A DNA stretch of 64,000 nucleotides, taken from assembly GCA_002811645.1 (NCBI GenBank), contig PDIP01000002.1, forward strand, positions 7,683 to 71,682. Reading direction: 5' to 3'. The notes under the pieces are model-generated. The model saw only the letters and a list, made by a program, of their open reading frames with translations. It made no database searches and was not told the origin of the DNA. The stretch comes from Corallochytrium limacisporum Hawaii. Taxonomy: Eukaryota; Protista; Pluriformea. Below are positions 43,301 to 52,663 of this stretch, piece after piece. Each line of letters opens with the position of its first letter. Positions within the stretch are counted from its first letter, which is position 1. The position numbers were made by a program, and so were the translations under genes.

Positions 43301-44000
43301 TGACAAGGGAATCCTCCACCAAAGACAAATCGATGAAATTGTCAGTTTCAAACCTCGTAATGCGAATCTGTTCTCCTGCCAACCACTTCGATGTATTCCA
43401 CAGGCCAGTCAAACGCACGCGACACATTTGATCCCGGTCCCGATCGTAGCATGATAGGATCGTTTGACTGTTCTCGCTTTCTACAGACATCACATCAAGT
43501 TCAATTCCATTTCGTGTAGATTTAGACCTCTTTTTTTCTCCTTCGGCAGAGGTAGCAGAAAATACCTCAGTCGCATGTGCGCCGGACTTTCGCTTGTTGA
43601 CGACTTTGCGATTTGGGTGATTCTTTACCTTCTCCATCAGGGTCTGCAGTTTACGGCCCACGCTTGAAATATTATTCTGTCTACTCTTATCCTCATCTGT
43701 CTGTGAGTCCCGTCTACCAGATCTGTTTGTTTTAAGTCGCTGTAACAGTGAGCTGACTTGTGTAGTGGAACCATCCTTACCATTCGCATTCTTTGCTGAC
43801 TTTGATGGGTGCCCATGTAACTGCATCTGATTTCCATCGACCCATGAAATACACTCGTCTGTTCCGTGATCCGGCAGGGAACTATTGCTTGCTTCAGTGT
43901 GTTCGTACACTTGACTTGTGTTCAAGGATCTTTTCGACCTCTGTTTCAGAGAGTCATTACTGTCCTCGCCGGATGCGGCCCATACCGCCCGTCGAACCAT
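40383..44000 (-). CDS. DNA2: DNA replication nuclease/helicase DNA2
   Basis: CMRR, E.NIWAP.LGLKG.VD, PLEIKSG and CxxCxxxxxC Fe-S nuclease motifs; SF1 helicase GFPGSGKTT, DEASQ, GDDNQL, RRVNVAFTRAK. Confidence 0.95.
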   Translation of the reverse strand: MVRRAVWAASGEDSNDSLKQRSKRSLNTSQVYEHTEASNSSLPDHGTDECISWVDGNQMQLHGHPSKSAKNANGKDGSTTQVSSLLQRLKTNRSGRRDSQTDEDKSRQNNISSVGRKLQTLMEKVKNHPNRKVVNKRKSGAHATEVFSATSAEGEKKRSKSTRNGIELDVMSVESENSQTILSCYDRDRDQMCRVRLTGLWNTSKWLAGEQIRITRFETDNFIDLSLVEDSLVILEPDVLVSGTNIAEAASDCMRRTVLRNLVKEHGLSMAAIKGNIIHDVVERAASANTFSMSDLKLLLIDVLRERFLEIYGLYGSMDQLHESIVSQHLSNISQWGSVAFDTKEIGDTCITEIVSNEQNIWAPELGLKGTVDTLIKVRGETSTFPLEIKSGRMHHKHLAQVQLYSIILDLDEQNHCDRGYLLYTGSQRPLAVVQNRKAEIAALMSARNDLVRYMRYKGLDDIGGLPKPADRVEACRFCSYKQPCATYSLLADQHRDAEWMGGMTDHFESEVTCIKDDSEAISYLKKWLRFIRMEEVSAVALQKEIWRLTGEERQEIGRCISNVVIDISGSDDDYGMICFVARSSLPTDAQGQLFLMKPNTIVIISTIESVNVATGKVMESSAQEIKVLLDRPLQMRYRNTNLTYRIDANETATFSLLLRANVFELFRPEHHSARSRIVSGTSPGFNHTSQATQLSVGTNNSHLNPDQVRAIDRALNADDYLLICGFPGSGKTTTTACLVKTLVERGKTVLITSFTHSAVNSILMKLEMLGLEYLRTDTDGLSAPISNRTPSHLTSKLEFKDWNDFCAKLDRIPIIATTCMSVRGPLFARRKHFDYVILDEASQISEPICLAPLCLGKTWVMVGDDNQLTPLVRSTAAKKRIHNESLFSRLCNLHPHAVVKLRHQFRMNRRIADLCSDVIYGGQMKTAPSVANKKLNVDSIASQKTTQSLLDAINEFPILRRAVDPEQPVCFLDTDNVGAVAMESYAGDLPINRFEGFVLFLIVAALQKMGVHASSIGILTPYRGQRDFLRREGAKMAIHDFADLEIDTIDTYQGRDKDCILASFVRSNSENKTGELLRDWRRVNVAFTRAKCKLIAIGNSRIIRQSPILDAFLRHMRGCQQIFTIEAMQNSDCLMRALHALLPNASSSDDLACMPSLGESPAYSLQSENEQPKDAAAGAQMSNRPKKKARSLLSENIVQYSIGR

Positions 44001-44323
44001 GGCCTTGTTCGCTTCCAGAACACAGAATCTTAGGATCCAGCACTGTGGTGTTCTAAGAATTCAACATTTCCTGAAGGTTGACTCCCAAGAGGTTAGGCAC
44101 ACAGAAGGGCATCCACCTTACGCGGCAAAGTACCTTCTGGTTTCATTCTGCCATGCTTCAGCAAGGGAACGCCAGCCTACCCTCACAAAACTTAAATTAC
44201 TCGCGCCCAAATACTCCTACCCACCTTTTCGCTTGCTTTGTGTGAGGGAGGTGTCCACACTAGATGACCCCCAATATGATGACTATGAATACTACTGTAT
44301 GCTTTGATGATATTTCTATTAGA

Positions 44324-45790
44324 CTATGCGTCCATGTCACCTACCACGTCCCGTTGCAGTGACACCAGATAGTTGCACAGCAGTTCCTGCACTTCTGTAG
44401 TGGACCAAGTGGCCTTGGGGCATGGAATGCCCGTCTCCAAGGCCTTACGAATGCGTGATGATAGGGCAGTGTCCGAGAAAGCTTTGACTAAGTGGTGGTG
44501 ACGGATTTCGGGACGGATTAGCTCCGCGTTGGCCTGCGAATCGAAGGCAATCAATGGTTTTCGCACGTAAAGCATGTCGCTCAAGATTTGATAGCCTGTG
44601 GTGGAAGTTGAAGGGAAGATGGCCAGACGATCGTCCCGTTCCAGGACGTAGCGTACAGCCTCACCGTAAGTTGTCTCATGACCATTCCATGTCACCTTCA
44701 GCCAACTGGGCCAGTCCTTCTTCCATTGATTCAATGAGTTCCAAACAATCCGATTTCCACGTTCCGAGATCTCCTCGCCGGGTCCAATGAATGTCAGTGT
44801 AAATCTTGGACCATTGTATGCGTGCGGATTCTGGCCCAGCACCATTGAAATTGCCGCCATGAGGATTTTGACTCCTTGTGGTATGGACATTTCACCCATG
44901 TACACCAGCTCTCGGATTGGTGTGGAGCATTCTACGGTCGTGTCCACATTGGCAATTGCCAATGAGGGGAAGTAAGGTACGACGTGAGTGCCTTGAGAAT
45001 GATCGACCCACATGCCGTGGTGTTCAATCGTCTTGAATGAAAAGGCGGTAGGCGCCAGAAATATTAGAGATCTGCGCAGAACGTTCTTCTGATACGGCAG
45101 CATAATTCTGTCTGTGAGTCCTTGCGATCCAGTGGACTGACCAAAGTGGACCCGGTCTCCTATGCTGTAAAGTAAACTCACGACCACGGGCCGAGTGACA
45201 TGCTCAGAAGTCCCGTAGATCTGCGCCTGCAGGAGATAGTCCGCTGCTCCACTGACTACCGGGGCATAGATCTGCGCTGCCCCACGGCAGAATCGATGAG
45301 CACTGTAGTAGTTGATCAGGTTGAATAGTTGCACTTTGGGGTTCTGGGGTAAGACGTTCATCCACTCAGGGATTTCAATTTCGCATTCTGTAATGTTCGG
45401 GTCGTCGACTCTGGTTCCCGCCACAATCGTACTGGAGACCTTCAGGCAAGACTGTCCTATGTTTGCCGCAAGAGCCTGCACTGCAGCACCCACATCACTG
45501 TATTGTGTCTCTATTCCATAATCAGAGGTCACAAAGAGAACACTTGCTGAATCAACTGTGTGTACCTTCTTTGTCCATGCCTTTTCCGCATCCAGTTCAC
45601 AGTGGACCCCTCCGTATTCCTGTGAGCAGACACATACAACCAGTTCAACATTCTCGTTATCATCATCTCCAATGATCCTGTCTACAATGTGTCCCCTATA
45701 GTTGCATTCTTTGTCCCAAGGTTTCAGTGCCACGCCAGCGCGCACAAAGAAAACAAGGACCAGTCCTATGGCCTGCAGAAGGAATGGCAT
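44324..45790 (-). CDS. Secretory-pathway protein with EGF-like module and divergent GT-B (GT4-like) glycosyltransferase domain
   Basis: Signal peptide; CNYRGH...CVCSQEYGGVHCE; VLFVTSDY, LVYMGEM...GVKILMAA, AIFPS....YQILSDM....PLIAFD...NAELI. Confidence 0.65.
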   Translation of the reverse strand: MPFLLQAIGLVLVFFVRAGVALKPWDKECNYRGHIVDRIIGDDDNENVELVVCVCSQEYGGVHCELDAEKAWTKKVHTVDSASVLFVTSDYGIETQYSDVGAAVQALAANIGQSCLKVSSTIVAGTRVDDPNITECEIEIPEWMNVLPQNPKVQLFNLINYYSAHRFCRGAAQIYAPVVSGAADYLLQAQIYGTSEHVTRPVVVSLLYSIGDRVHFGQSTGSQGLTDRIMLPYQKNVLRRSLIFLAPTAFSFKTIEHHGMWVDHSQGTHVVPYFPSLAIANVDTTVECSTPIRELVYMGEMSIPQGVKILMAAISMVLGQNPHAYNGPRFTLTFIGPGEEISERGNRIVWNSLNQWKKDWPSWLKVTWNGHETTYGEAVRYVLERDDRLAIFPSTSTTGYQILSDMLYVRKPLIAFDSQANAELIRPEIRHHHLVKAFSDTALSSRIRKALETGIPCPKATWSTTEVQELLCNYLVSLQRDVVGDMDA

Positions 45791-45820
45791 TTTCCGTTTC
45801 TTACGTTGTCCCTCGTATCC

Positions 45821-45836
45821 ATATATATATATATAT
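45821..45836. repeat. (AT)8 microsatellite
   Basis: atatatatatatatat. Confidence 0.8.
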
Positions 45837-46190
45837 TAATCAACACAAGATCTCTGTCACCTTTATGCCTTTAGTGTGTTACGAAGACAGTATGTTTGTG
45901 TTATTTTTACCTTCGTCTACCAGGAGCGAATACCCGCAAATTGTCTCTTGTCCAGGTACGCAGCATTTGCGGGCCCAGGTCCCTTTCTTTGCAGTCCCCC
46001 CCCCCTGTCCCTCTGGTCAGCCCAGCCAGAGCTGGGCAGACGAGGGAGATAGGCCCTGTCAGAATCCTCCGGTGTAACAAACTTGCAATAGCTTAACACG
46101 ATGTGCTATTTCATGTATTAGAGAGAGGCGATAGGAGGAGAAGGAAGTCTGCTATTAGACAACACCAATCTTAAAGGAACAAAGTCAACC

Positions 46191-47318
46191 ATGCTGCGAC
46201 AGATTGGTATGGCAAGGAGCTCCCGCTCGCTACACCGGGTGCCATGTAGTGTATCTGTCTCTGCCAAGCGGAAGAAGGTGTCCCTCGCTGTCTTGGATCA
46301 CCGGTCTCATCTGGCTGTGAAGGGACGTCAAGCTGGTGGATTCCTTCAGGGACTGGTGTCAAATGACATGAAAGAGATCACAAGCGATCAGAAGGCCATG
46401 TACACATTCTTGCTCAACAACAAGGGACGGATCCACAGTGACATGTTGATCTTTGCCGCAGAGGCTCCAGAGTGGCCTCAAGAGGCATACGATTTACCTC
46501 GCAGGGCACTCCCAGACATGGATGTAGAGTACTACATAGAAACGGACGGAACTAGAATTGAAGGACTAAAGAAGCTTCTACAGCGCTTCAAACTGCGCAA
46601 GAAGATCTCACTGACGATAGCTACTGACACTGCGGCCGTAGCGCTTTTCGACGATGAAGTGATGAGAGGCTCAGGGAACACTGAGGCACTCACCAGGGCA
46701 CGGGAGATTCTGCAAGGGAGCAGTGTGGTCCTATCGGCGGATCCTCGTTTCGCAGCTTTGGGGTATCGAGGCATTGTCACAAAAGGCGGACTGAGCAAGC
46801 TTTTCGATGTCTTACGAGACCTTGGCGTAAAGCACGTGGATGCCACCGCTTTCAGGGACCATCGGATCTATTGTGGTGTCGCAGAGGGCTGCGAGGAGTT
46901 GATTGAAGACAAAAGCCTGCCCTTTGAAAGCAACGGGGACTTTTTGCACGGCGTGAACCTGAACAAGGGTTGCTATTTAGGCCAGGAACTGACGGCCATT
47001 ACCTACCATCGTGGCGTGACGCGGAAAAGGCTGTTCCGTATAACCTTTGAGGGTTCCGCTGGCGCTGCCTTTAAGGGTGCAGTAGTACGGTGCGGGAATG
47101 GTAAGAATTCCGGCTCTGTAGTCGCAGTGGATTCTGAAGGAAAGTTTGGATTGGCACTGCTCCGCTTCCTTAACATCGGAGACTGGCAAGCGCAAGACTC
47201 CTTTGGGGTCGAGGTGGAGACCAAGGAAGGCGACCGCATTAAGGCCATCGCACGCAAGCCTTTGTTCTTCGAGAACGAGAGGTTATACTACAATATGGGG
47301 GCAAAGGAAGGCACATGA
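46191..47318 (+). CDS. IBA57: Mitochondrial Fe-S assembly factor IBA57/CAF17 (YgfZ family)
   Basis: FLQGLVSND, LNNKGR, KGCYLGQELTA signature; basic presequence. Confidence 0.95.
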   Translation: MLRQIGMARSSRSLHRVPCSVSVSAKRKKVSLAVLDHRSHLAVKGRQAGGFLQGLVSNDMKEITSDQKAMYTFLLNNKGRIHSDMLIFAAEAPEWPQEAYDLPRRALPDMDVEYYIETDGTRIEGLKKLLQRFKLRKKISLTIATDTAAVALFDDEVMRGSGNTEALTRAREILQGSSVVLSADPRFAALGYRGIVTKGGLSKLFDVLRDLGVKHVDATAFRDHRIYCGVAEGCEELIEDKSLPFESNGDFLHGVNLNKGCYLGQELTAITYHRGVTRKRLFRITFEGSAGAAFKGAVVRCGNGKNSGSVVAVDSEGKFGLALLRFLNIGDWQAQDSFGVEVETKEGDRIKAIARKPLFFENERLYYNMGAKEGT

Positions 47319-47407
47319 AGATTAGAGTGATTACCATCACACACACTCTATATGTTTACACTAATCCACACAACACGACGGCATTTCATATCTGCTCCAA
47401 GGGGCAT

Positions 47408-49498
47408 TCATATTCCAGTGCTTAGGTGCCACGTAGCCTGCACTAAGTGTGATTTGGCGGGTGGTCGAACTTCGCTACCGTTGCGAGTGAGGATCATCAT
47501 ACTCCCTGGATCCGCTAATCTCAGCTTTCGAATAGCAGTCATCATTTGTTCCTTGCGACGTTTTGCTGCCATGGCGTGCCATTCCATAAAAGGTACAGCG
47601 AGGAGGCGGTAACCAGCCGCGGATACAAGCCATTTCTTCCAGCGATCACGACCAGTGTAACAAATCTTACCCCTCTTGTCCTTTAGGAAATGCCAAGGTC
47701 CATCCACTTCGACTACCATTTTCAATTCCGGTAAGTAAATATCCGCAAAGTGATTCGCCTCGTAAAGATACTCCTCCCTGCGTATAGTAAACAATTCACG
47801 GGACAGATGCAGCTCCACAAACTCTTGGAGGCCGCTGACGCCTCCTTCCTGGATATTTCTCTGGTGCTCTGCAACCAAAGCTGCATTGCCGTCCTTGGAT
47901 ACATCCCGCATGCGCTCCGATGGTGTAATTGCTAGGCGCTTGGCGTGGGAGCGTAGGGTTGCATACATGTTGGCTCCCTCTAGAATGAACGAATCAACTG
48001 GGTGTGCTTCGACTGCTTTGAAAGCCTTGGCAAATTCAGAATCATGCCGTAGTAATGCAGTCGCGGTAGCAACCTGCAGAGCTGGCAAGAGGCGTTTGAA
48101 TCGACCATCCTTACCCAGACCGGACAACAGCTGCTCCTGACGAACAGTCTCCTGGATGCTTCTCGATGACAGACTGCGCCAGAGATCGGTAGCAAGTACC
48201 TCGGCGGTTGTAACCACAATACCGGGGCCTGCAATATCTTGTTCCACAGCTTGCACAACCTTGGCAATAAAAGGTTTCAACAGGAATACATCCAAGTCCA
48301 CAAATCCTTTACCATCCATCTGATCAACCACTAACTTGGCATCCAATTCTGTGATGGCACTTGCCTCATTCAAGATTGCGTTGCAGTGGCTCTGGTACAA
48401 TTGCTGCCGCGGAATCACGTCTGATCTTGTGTCCTTGTCCACTGAGGCGAACAAGTGGAGTTCACGCCACGCCGCGAGTGGAGCCTGCTGTATCTTGTTC
48501 GCAGCCACCAATGGGTACAAGATCTTAGCTGCTCGCTGTTTCTCTACATTTTCTGGCAAGGTAAGCATCAGAGCCGTGGTGATGTCTGCAGTGGTCTTTC
48601 GCAACGCTATGTCGGTGAGCTGGCCTAGGTACCACTGCAAAAATGTTTCCTGCTTTCTTGAATCACGCAGTGCACTAGCCCGAAGTTTCACGTGTTGCGA
48701 CTGGACCGTCCATGTGGACGATGGCTTGTACAAATGTTCACTTGCTGAAGACTTGAGGTACTCCTTCAGATTCCTTATCAATTGCTTATTGCAGTCACTT
48801 GTTCGAATGTCCACAAACAGCAATCTGGCAAAAGTTTCGGGATCCATCAATGGTCGCTTTCGCAGTTCTGCTATTGCAAACTTAGAGATCGTACTGTTAT
48901 ACGCCGTATCCAGAGCGGGCGCTTCAGGAGCGAGTAAACTGACCAGCAATTGAGGTCCACAGCTCCGCCCTAGTTGATCTAATGCTTTGGCAAAGACCGC
49001 TTGTGTAGGTTCACCAAACACAGCATCATTCCTTGACCACTGTCGCCAGACGGATAGGAGCTGAGAATCTCTGACAGAGCGCAATTCTCTCAACAAGATA
49101 CCGCGCGCGTACTTCTGAAATTCCTGCTCTGACACAGTCCCTTGCTCCGGGAGCCCAGCGGCAATCGCTTGTAGTATAGGAACAATCTGCAAATCATTGG
49201 GGCTCATGCTCAGCTGACGCATGTAGTCATGGGTAATGAACTTTCCCTTCCGCGCCTTTTCTTGGGCCCAGGCAGAAAGTGGGCCGCACAGTTCCAGAAG
49301 ATTGCCTTGGATTTCCTTCACTTCAGTTGCCCATATCATGCTTTGTTCATCGGCTGTTGAAACTGGGGATGCCTTTTGTTCACTATTCCTACGTCGAGGC
49401 GCTCTATGTGACCTTACTCCTTGAACATGCGTCTTTGTCGCCATGGTCTTCGATCTCCAGCCGGCCATTGCCGCTGGTCTCATCGTGAGACCTCTCAT
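47408..49498 (-). CDS. RAP-domain protein (FASTK-like), probably mitochondrial RNA processing
   Basis: C-terminal ADIY......VVEVDGPWHF........G...WKK.L....GY.LLAVPF.EW; helical body; Arg-rich N-terminus. Confidence 0.8.
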   Translation of the reverse strand: MRGLTMRPAAMAGWRSKTMATKTHVQGVRSHRAPRRRNSEQKASPVSTADEQSMIWATEVKEIQGNLLELCGPLSAWAQEKARKGKFITHDYMRQLSMSPNDLQIVPILQAIAAGLPEQGTVSEQEFQKYARGILLRELRSVRDSQLLSVWRQWSRNDAVFGEPTQAVFAKALDQLGRSCGPQLLVSLLAPEAPALDTAYNSTISKFAIAELRKRPLMDPETFARLLFVDIRTSDCNKQLIRNLKEYLKSSASEHLYKPSSTWTVQSQHVKLRASALRDSRKQETFLQWYLGQLTDIALRKTTADITTALMLTLPENVEKQRAAKILYPLVAANKIQQAPLAAWRELHLFASVDKDTRSDVIPRQQLYQSHCNAILNEASAITELDAKLVVDQMDGKGFVDLDVFLLKPFIAKVVQAVEQDIAGPGIVVTTAEVLATDLWRSLSSRSIQETVRQEQLLSGLGKDGRFKRLLPALQVATATALLRHDSEFAKAFKAVEAHPVDSFILEGANMYATLRSHAKRLAITPSERMRDVSKDGNAALVAEHQRNIQEGGVSGLQEFVELHLSRELFTIRREEYLYEANHFADIYLPELKMVVEVDGPWHFLKDKRGKICYTGRDRWKKWLVSAAGYRLLAVPFMEWHAMAAKRRKEQMMTAIRKLRLADPGSMMILTRNGSEVRPPAKSHLVQATWHLSTGI

Positions 49499-50071
49499 GT
49501 TGTCCCCATCCCAAGAGTTACTTGACCATGTTACTCTCCAGCCTTACATGGCATCATATTCAATCTGTTCAATGCCGTTCCGTATGATATGAGATCATAC
49601 GTTTACACACAGATCTGCACTGTCATTAAAGATTATACATCTTCTGAACAAGCTGAGCCTTGTGCACAGTTGACGGTTTCGTGCTCGCGGCGTCTGCGGC
49701 AGTCCTCCAATCCCCTCCAATGAGATCCAGTGGCTTTTTCTATCCCCCTTTCCGTATGGTGGCCCTCGCCACGGAGGTCAGCGGCCCCTACGCCAAATAT
49801 CCGCAAGAGCTCAATTCACGCACTCCGCATTGCACCCTTGTAAATCGCAATGAGAGGAGCGGGTCCGACACGAGTCAAGGTTCACATGCAAACCTTAAGG
49901 CTGACGGATGCCCTTCTAGTCGATATTTTGTGTGATCTGGAGTGTTGAGTTTGGTAAAAACAATTTACACAGGCGCGGTATTTACGAATTTTGTGCGTCC
50001 AAAATCGGGTGAACTATTCAACCGTGCTCACGTGGACGAACGAATCAACGAGAACTGAATACTAAAACAAT

Positions 50072-50314
50072 ATGCCAGCGGCTGCAGCACAGTTCCCCGG
50101 CGGTGCACAGCCGTCAAAATTCGAGCGGGCCAAGCTCGGTGCCATGATGGGATTCTCAGTCGGCGCATCTATTGGTTGTATCCTAGGTAGCTATCAGTGC
50201 TTCCGTATGGGACTTCGGGGACGGGATTTCGTGCGCACTGTTGGAAAGGTCATGCTTCAATCTGGAGGATCCTTTGGATTTTTCATGGGCATCGGATCAG
50301 TGATCCGCTCATAG
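50072..50314 (+). CDS. ROMO1: ROMO1/Mgr2 TIM23-associated protein
   Basis: KLGAMMG..VG...G...G....R.G.RG......GK.M.QSGGSFGFFMGIGS.IR. Confidence 0.95.
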   Translation: MPAAAAQFPGGAQPSKFERAKLGAMMGFSVGASIGCILGSYQCFRMGLRGRDFVRTVGKVMLQSGGSFGFFMGIGSVIRS

Positions 50315-50421
50315 CTTTGAAGCTAGTACCTCCGCTTGATCAAATGTACCCGTGAGAATTTGCATGGGATTGTACACTTTCTAGATGATGACTATTCTAC
50401 TATACACGCTTGTAATTCAAT

Positions 50422-51597
50422 TTAGAATTCACCAGTTTCCGAAACTGCAAGGCATTGCAGTCTTGCTTTCGAGTCACAGTGGGCCAGTTCAGTGTAATTA
50501 TCATAGTCCAAGCTCCCGGCCTTGCTTGCCACGTGTACCACCTTGATATGACCATCACTGGATGCTGTGATAATGATCTTGGACTCTGCATGGACGGGGT
50601 CGTCTAGGCACTTAACGCACTTGATCCTATTTCCGTGCAGATCAGGAATGATTCCCACAGGGCAACTGGCTTTACCTCTTTCGTCCCTATCACCTTTGAT
50701 CGTGATCTTTCTCTTTTTCGATGGAGTTTCACCAGGTTTGATCTCATACAGGTGAAGATCAGAAGAGTCGCCAGCTACCGCTATGAGATTCTCGCCGACG
50801 TAGGCGATTGAAAGCACGTTTCTGAATCCGGTCACAATCGTATGTGTAGCGTCGCCAGACTCTGCGTCCTCAAGATCGTAGATTTCAATCGTATTGCCGT
50901 GAACTATGGCAAAGGAATGACCCTCTGGTGACCACCGCACCTGGGTGACCACGTATGGCAGATTTCTAATGAAAACACCGCGGGCCTTAATCATATCCCA
51001 GACACGTAGTGTCCGGTCCCGGCCAGCTGAGATCATAAGCTTTCCTGTCGGATGAACTGCCAGGTCCTCAATTGCACCCTTGTGACCCTTCAACCGAGCC
51101 AAAACCTCCCAGTCTGTGGTACGGAAGACCAGCACTGTGTGATCCTCACTGCCCGAGACGAGGTAGGCTTTGTTTCCGCGTGTGCCGTGGAATGAAAGGG
51201 CGGTGATAGTGCCCGTATGTTCCATCAGGGCCCCTTCTTCTACATTCTTCTTCATATTGAATACATTGATCGTCTCATCTGAGCTTCCACTAGCTAAATG
51301 CGAACCCTGACATGCAATGGCAGTGACCATTCCGCCATGCACAGGCATCACAAAACTGGTTTTCTTCCGCAGTGTTCCCACAGACAGAAGGTTTTTGCCA
51401 TCCAATTCCTGGGCAGCTTCAAAGGTTGCTTCATCGCAGAAGAAATCGTAGCCGAATATTGTGCGCTCGTAAGAACCGGCAACAATACGGAATACTCGGA
51501 TAAGTTCATCATCATTCACTGATTCAACGATGGGCTCTGTTTGTTGATTCTCCTTTTTCGAGGCTTCAGAAGCCCTGCCTCTGTTGCGCTTCCCCAT
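50422..51597 (-). CDS. PAK1IP1: PAK1IP1/Mak11 WD40 60S biogenesis factor
   Basis: RIVAGSYER..FG, LASGSSDETI..F.M....E.G.L..H.G.IT, HPTGKL..S.G.D, AR..CL. Confidence 0.9.
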   Translation of the reverse strand: MGKRNRGRASEASKKENQQTEPIVESVNDDELIRVFRIVAGSYERTIFGYDFFCDEATFEAAQELDGKNLLSVGTLRKKTSFVMPVHGGMVTAIACQGSHLASGSSDETINVFNMKKNVEEGALMEHTGTITALSFHGTRGNKAYLVSGSEDHTVLVFRTTDWEVLARLKGHKGAIEDLAVHPTGKLMISAGRDRTLRVWDMIKARGVFIRNLPYVVTQVRWSPEGHSFAIVHGNTIEIYDLEDAESGDATHTIVTGFRNVLSIAYVGENLIAVAGDSSDLHLYEIKPGETPSKKRKITIKGDRDERGKASCPVGIIPDLHGNRIKCVKCLDDPVHAESKIIITASSDGHIKVVHVASKAGSLDYDNYTELAHCDSKARLQCLAVSETGEF

Positions 51598-52663
51598 TTC
51601 TTCGAACAGGTACTTCTTTGGAATATCGCATGACCTGCCGATAACACTGATCTGTCGACCCTAAGCCACAACATATCGTTATAGACATTCGAAGTACCAC
51701 TCACAGTCAGTTGGCATCTCCGTGCTCATAGATCGCCCGACACGCTCACAGCTCGTCAAGTCCCCATGCGTTTTCGTGCCAAACCGTCAAGGGGCGAGTT
51801 GATTCGTATGGTGGTGGTAGTGAGCACCTGGGGCTTCAAGAAACCCACCTGCGCATTGCAGGATTTAATTTGGCCCCGCATTGGAACCAATAACTTTTCC
51901 CTCCCAGAAACCTCTTCTTCCCCCTTCCAGATCTGGAGCCTATTTTTCAAGTAGCGGGTAATTGCCGTGTACGAAGGCAATGGTTCTTGGAAATCCCACC
52001 AATGTCCGACCAGACGAGTGGGTTTTTATCAAGCGTTGCATAAGACAGGTAAGCAAAGAAGGGTTAGGTCGGTGTATAAGCTCAGAGGGATCCACTCAAC
52101 ATCGTCATAGTTATAGACGCCATCGGCTTCCTCGTAGAACGCATAAGAAGCAGAATGGGCACCAATCGCCATTGTTTCACTCTTTAACATGTGAACGGCA
52201 TCCAGTCCAGTGTCGTTTCGACTCCGAGTCTTGATACAGCATTGGGAGGACGACAGTGAAGATAGCGAAAAGCCCCCAGTGCATTTCTTAGGTACAATGG
52301 CGCCGGCTTTGTATCCGATGCAAATCCCAGGTCTTTATCTTAATGCCCCTCGTTTTGGGTCGCCGATACTGCGTAGCGAGCGGCAAAAAAGGAAAAGCGG
52401 GCCTGGGAAATACGGGGGGATCGACGAAACTGTGGGGCGCGCCCAAGAGGGAGATTCGATCCGTCGGGACTCGCAGTCCCCGGGACAGTGAGTCCAAAAG
52501 GGTTATTTCTTGGCTGAAGCCGCTAACAGTTTATACGAGTACATGACCAATAAACATTGCGAGTGCGAAGATTAAAGGCACCGAATTCTGACTATCAGCA
52601 ACGACTTGCATGGATGATGGTTTGAAGCATCGATAGGCCAGAGACTTCAAAGGTCCCATCAGC

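Noticed and set aside
6356-52488. Recurring GGGACAG in intergenic regions
   Set aside because: About five copies of a 7-mer cannot be distinguished from chance by eye in G-rich spacers.
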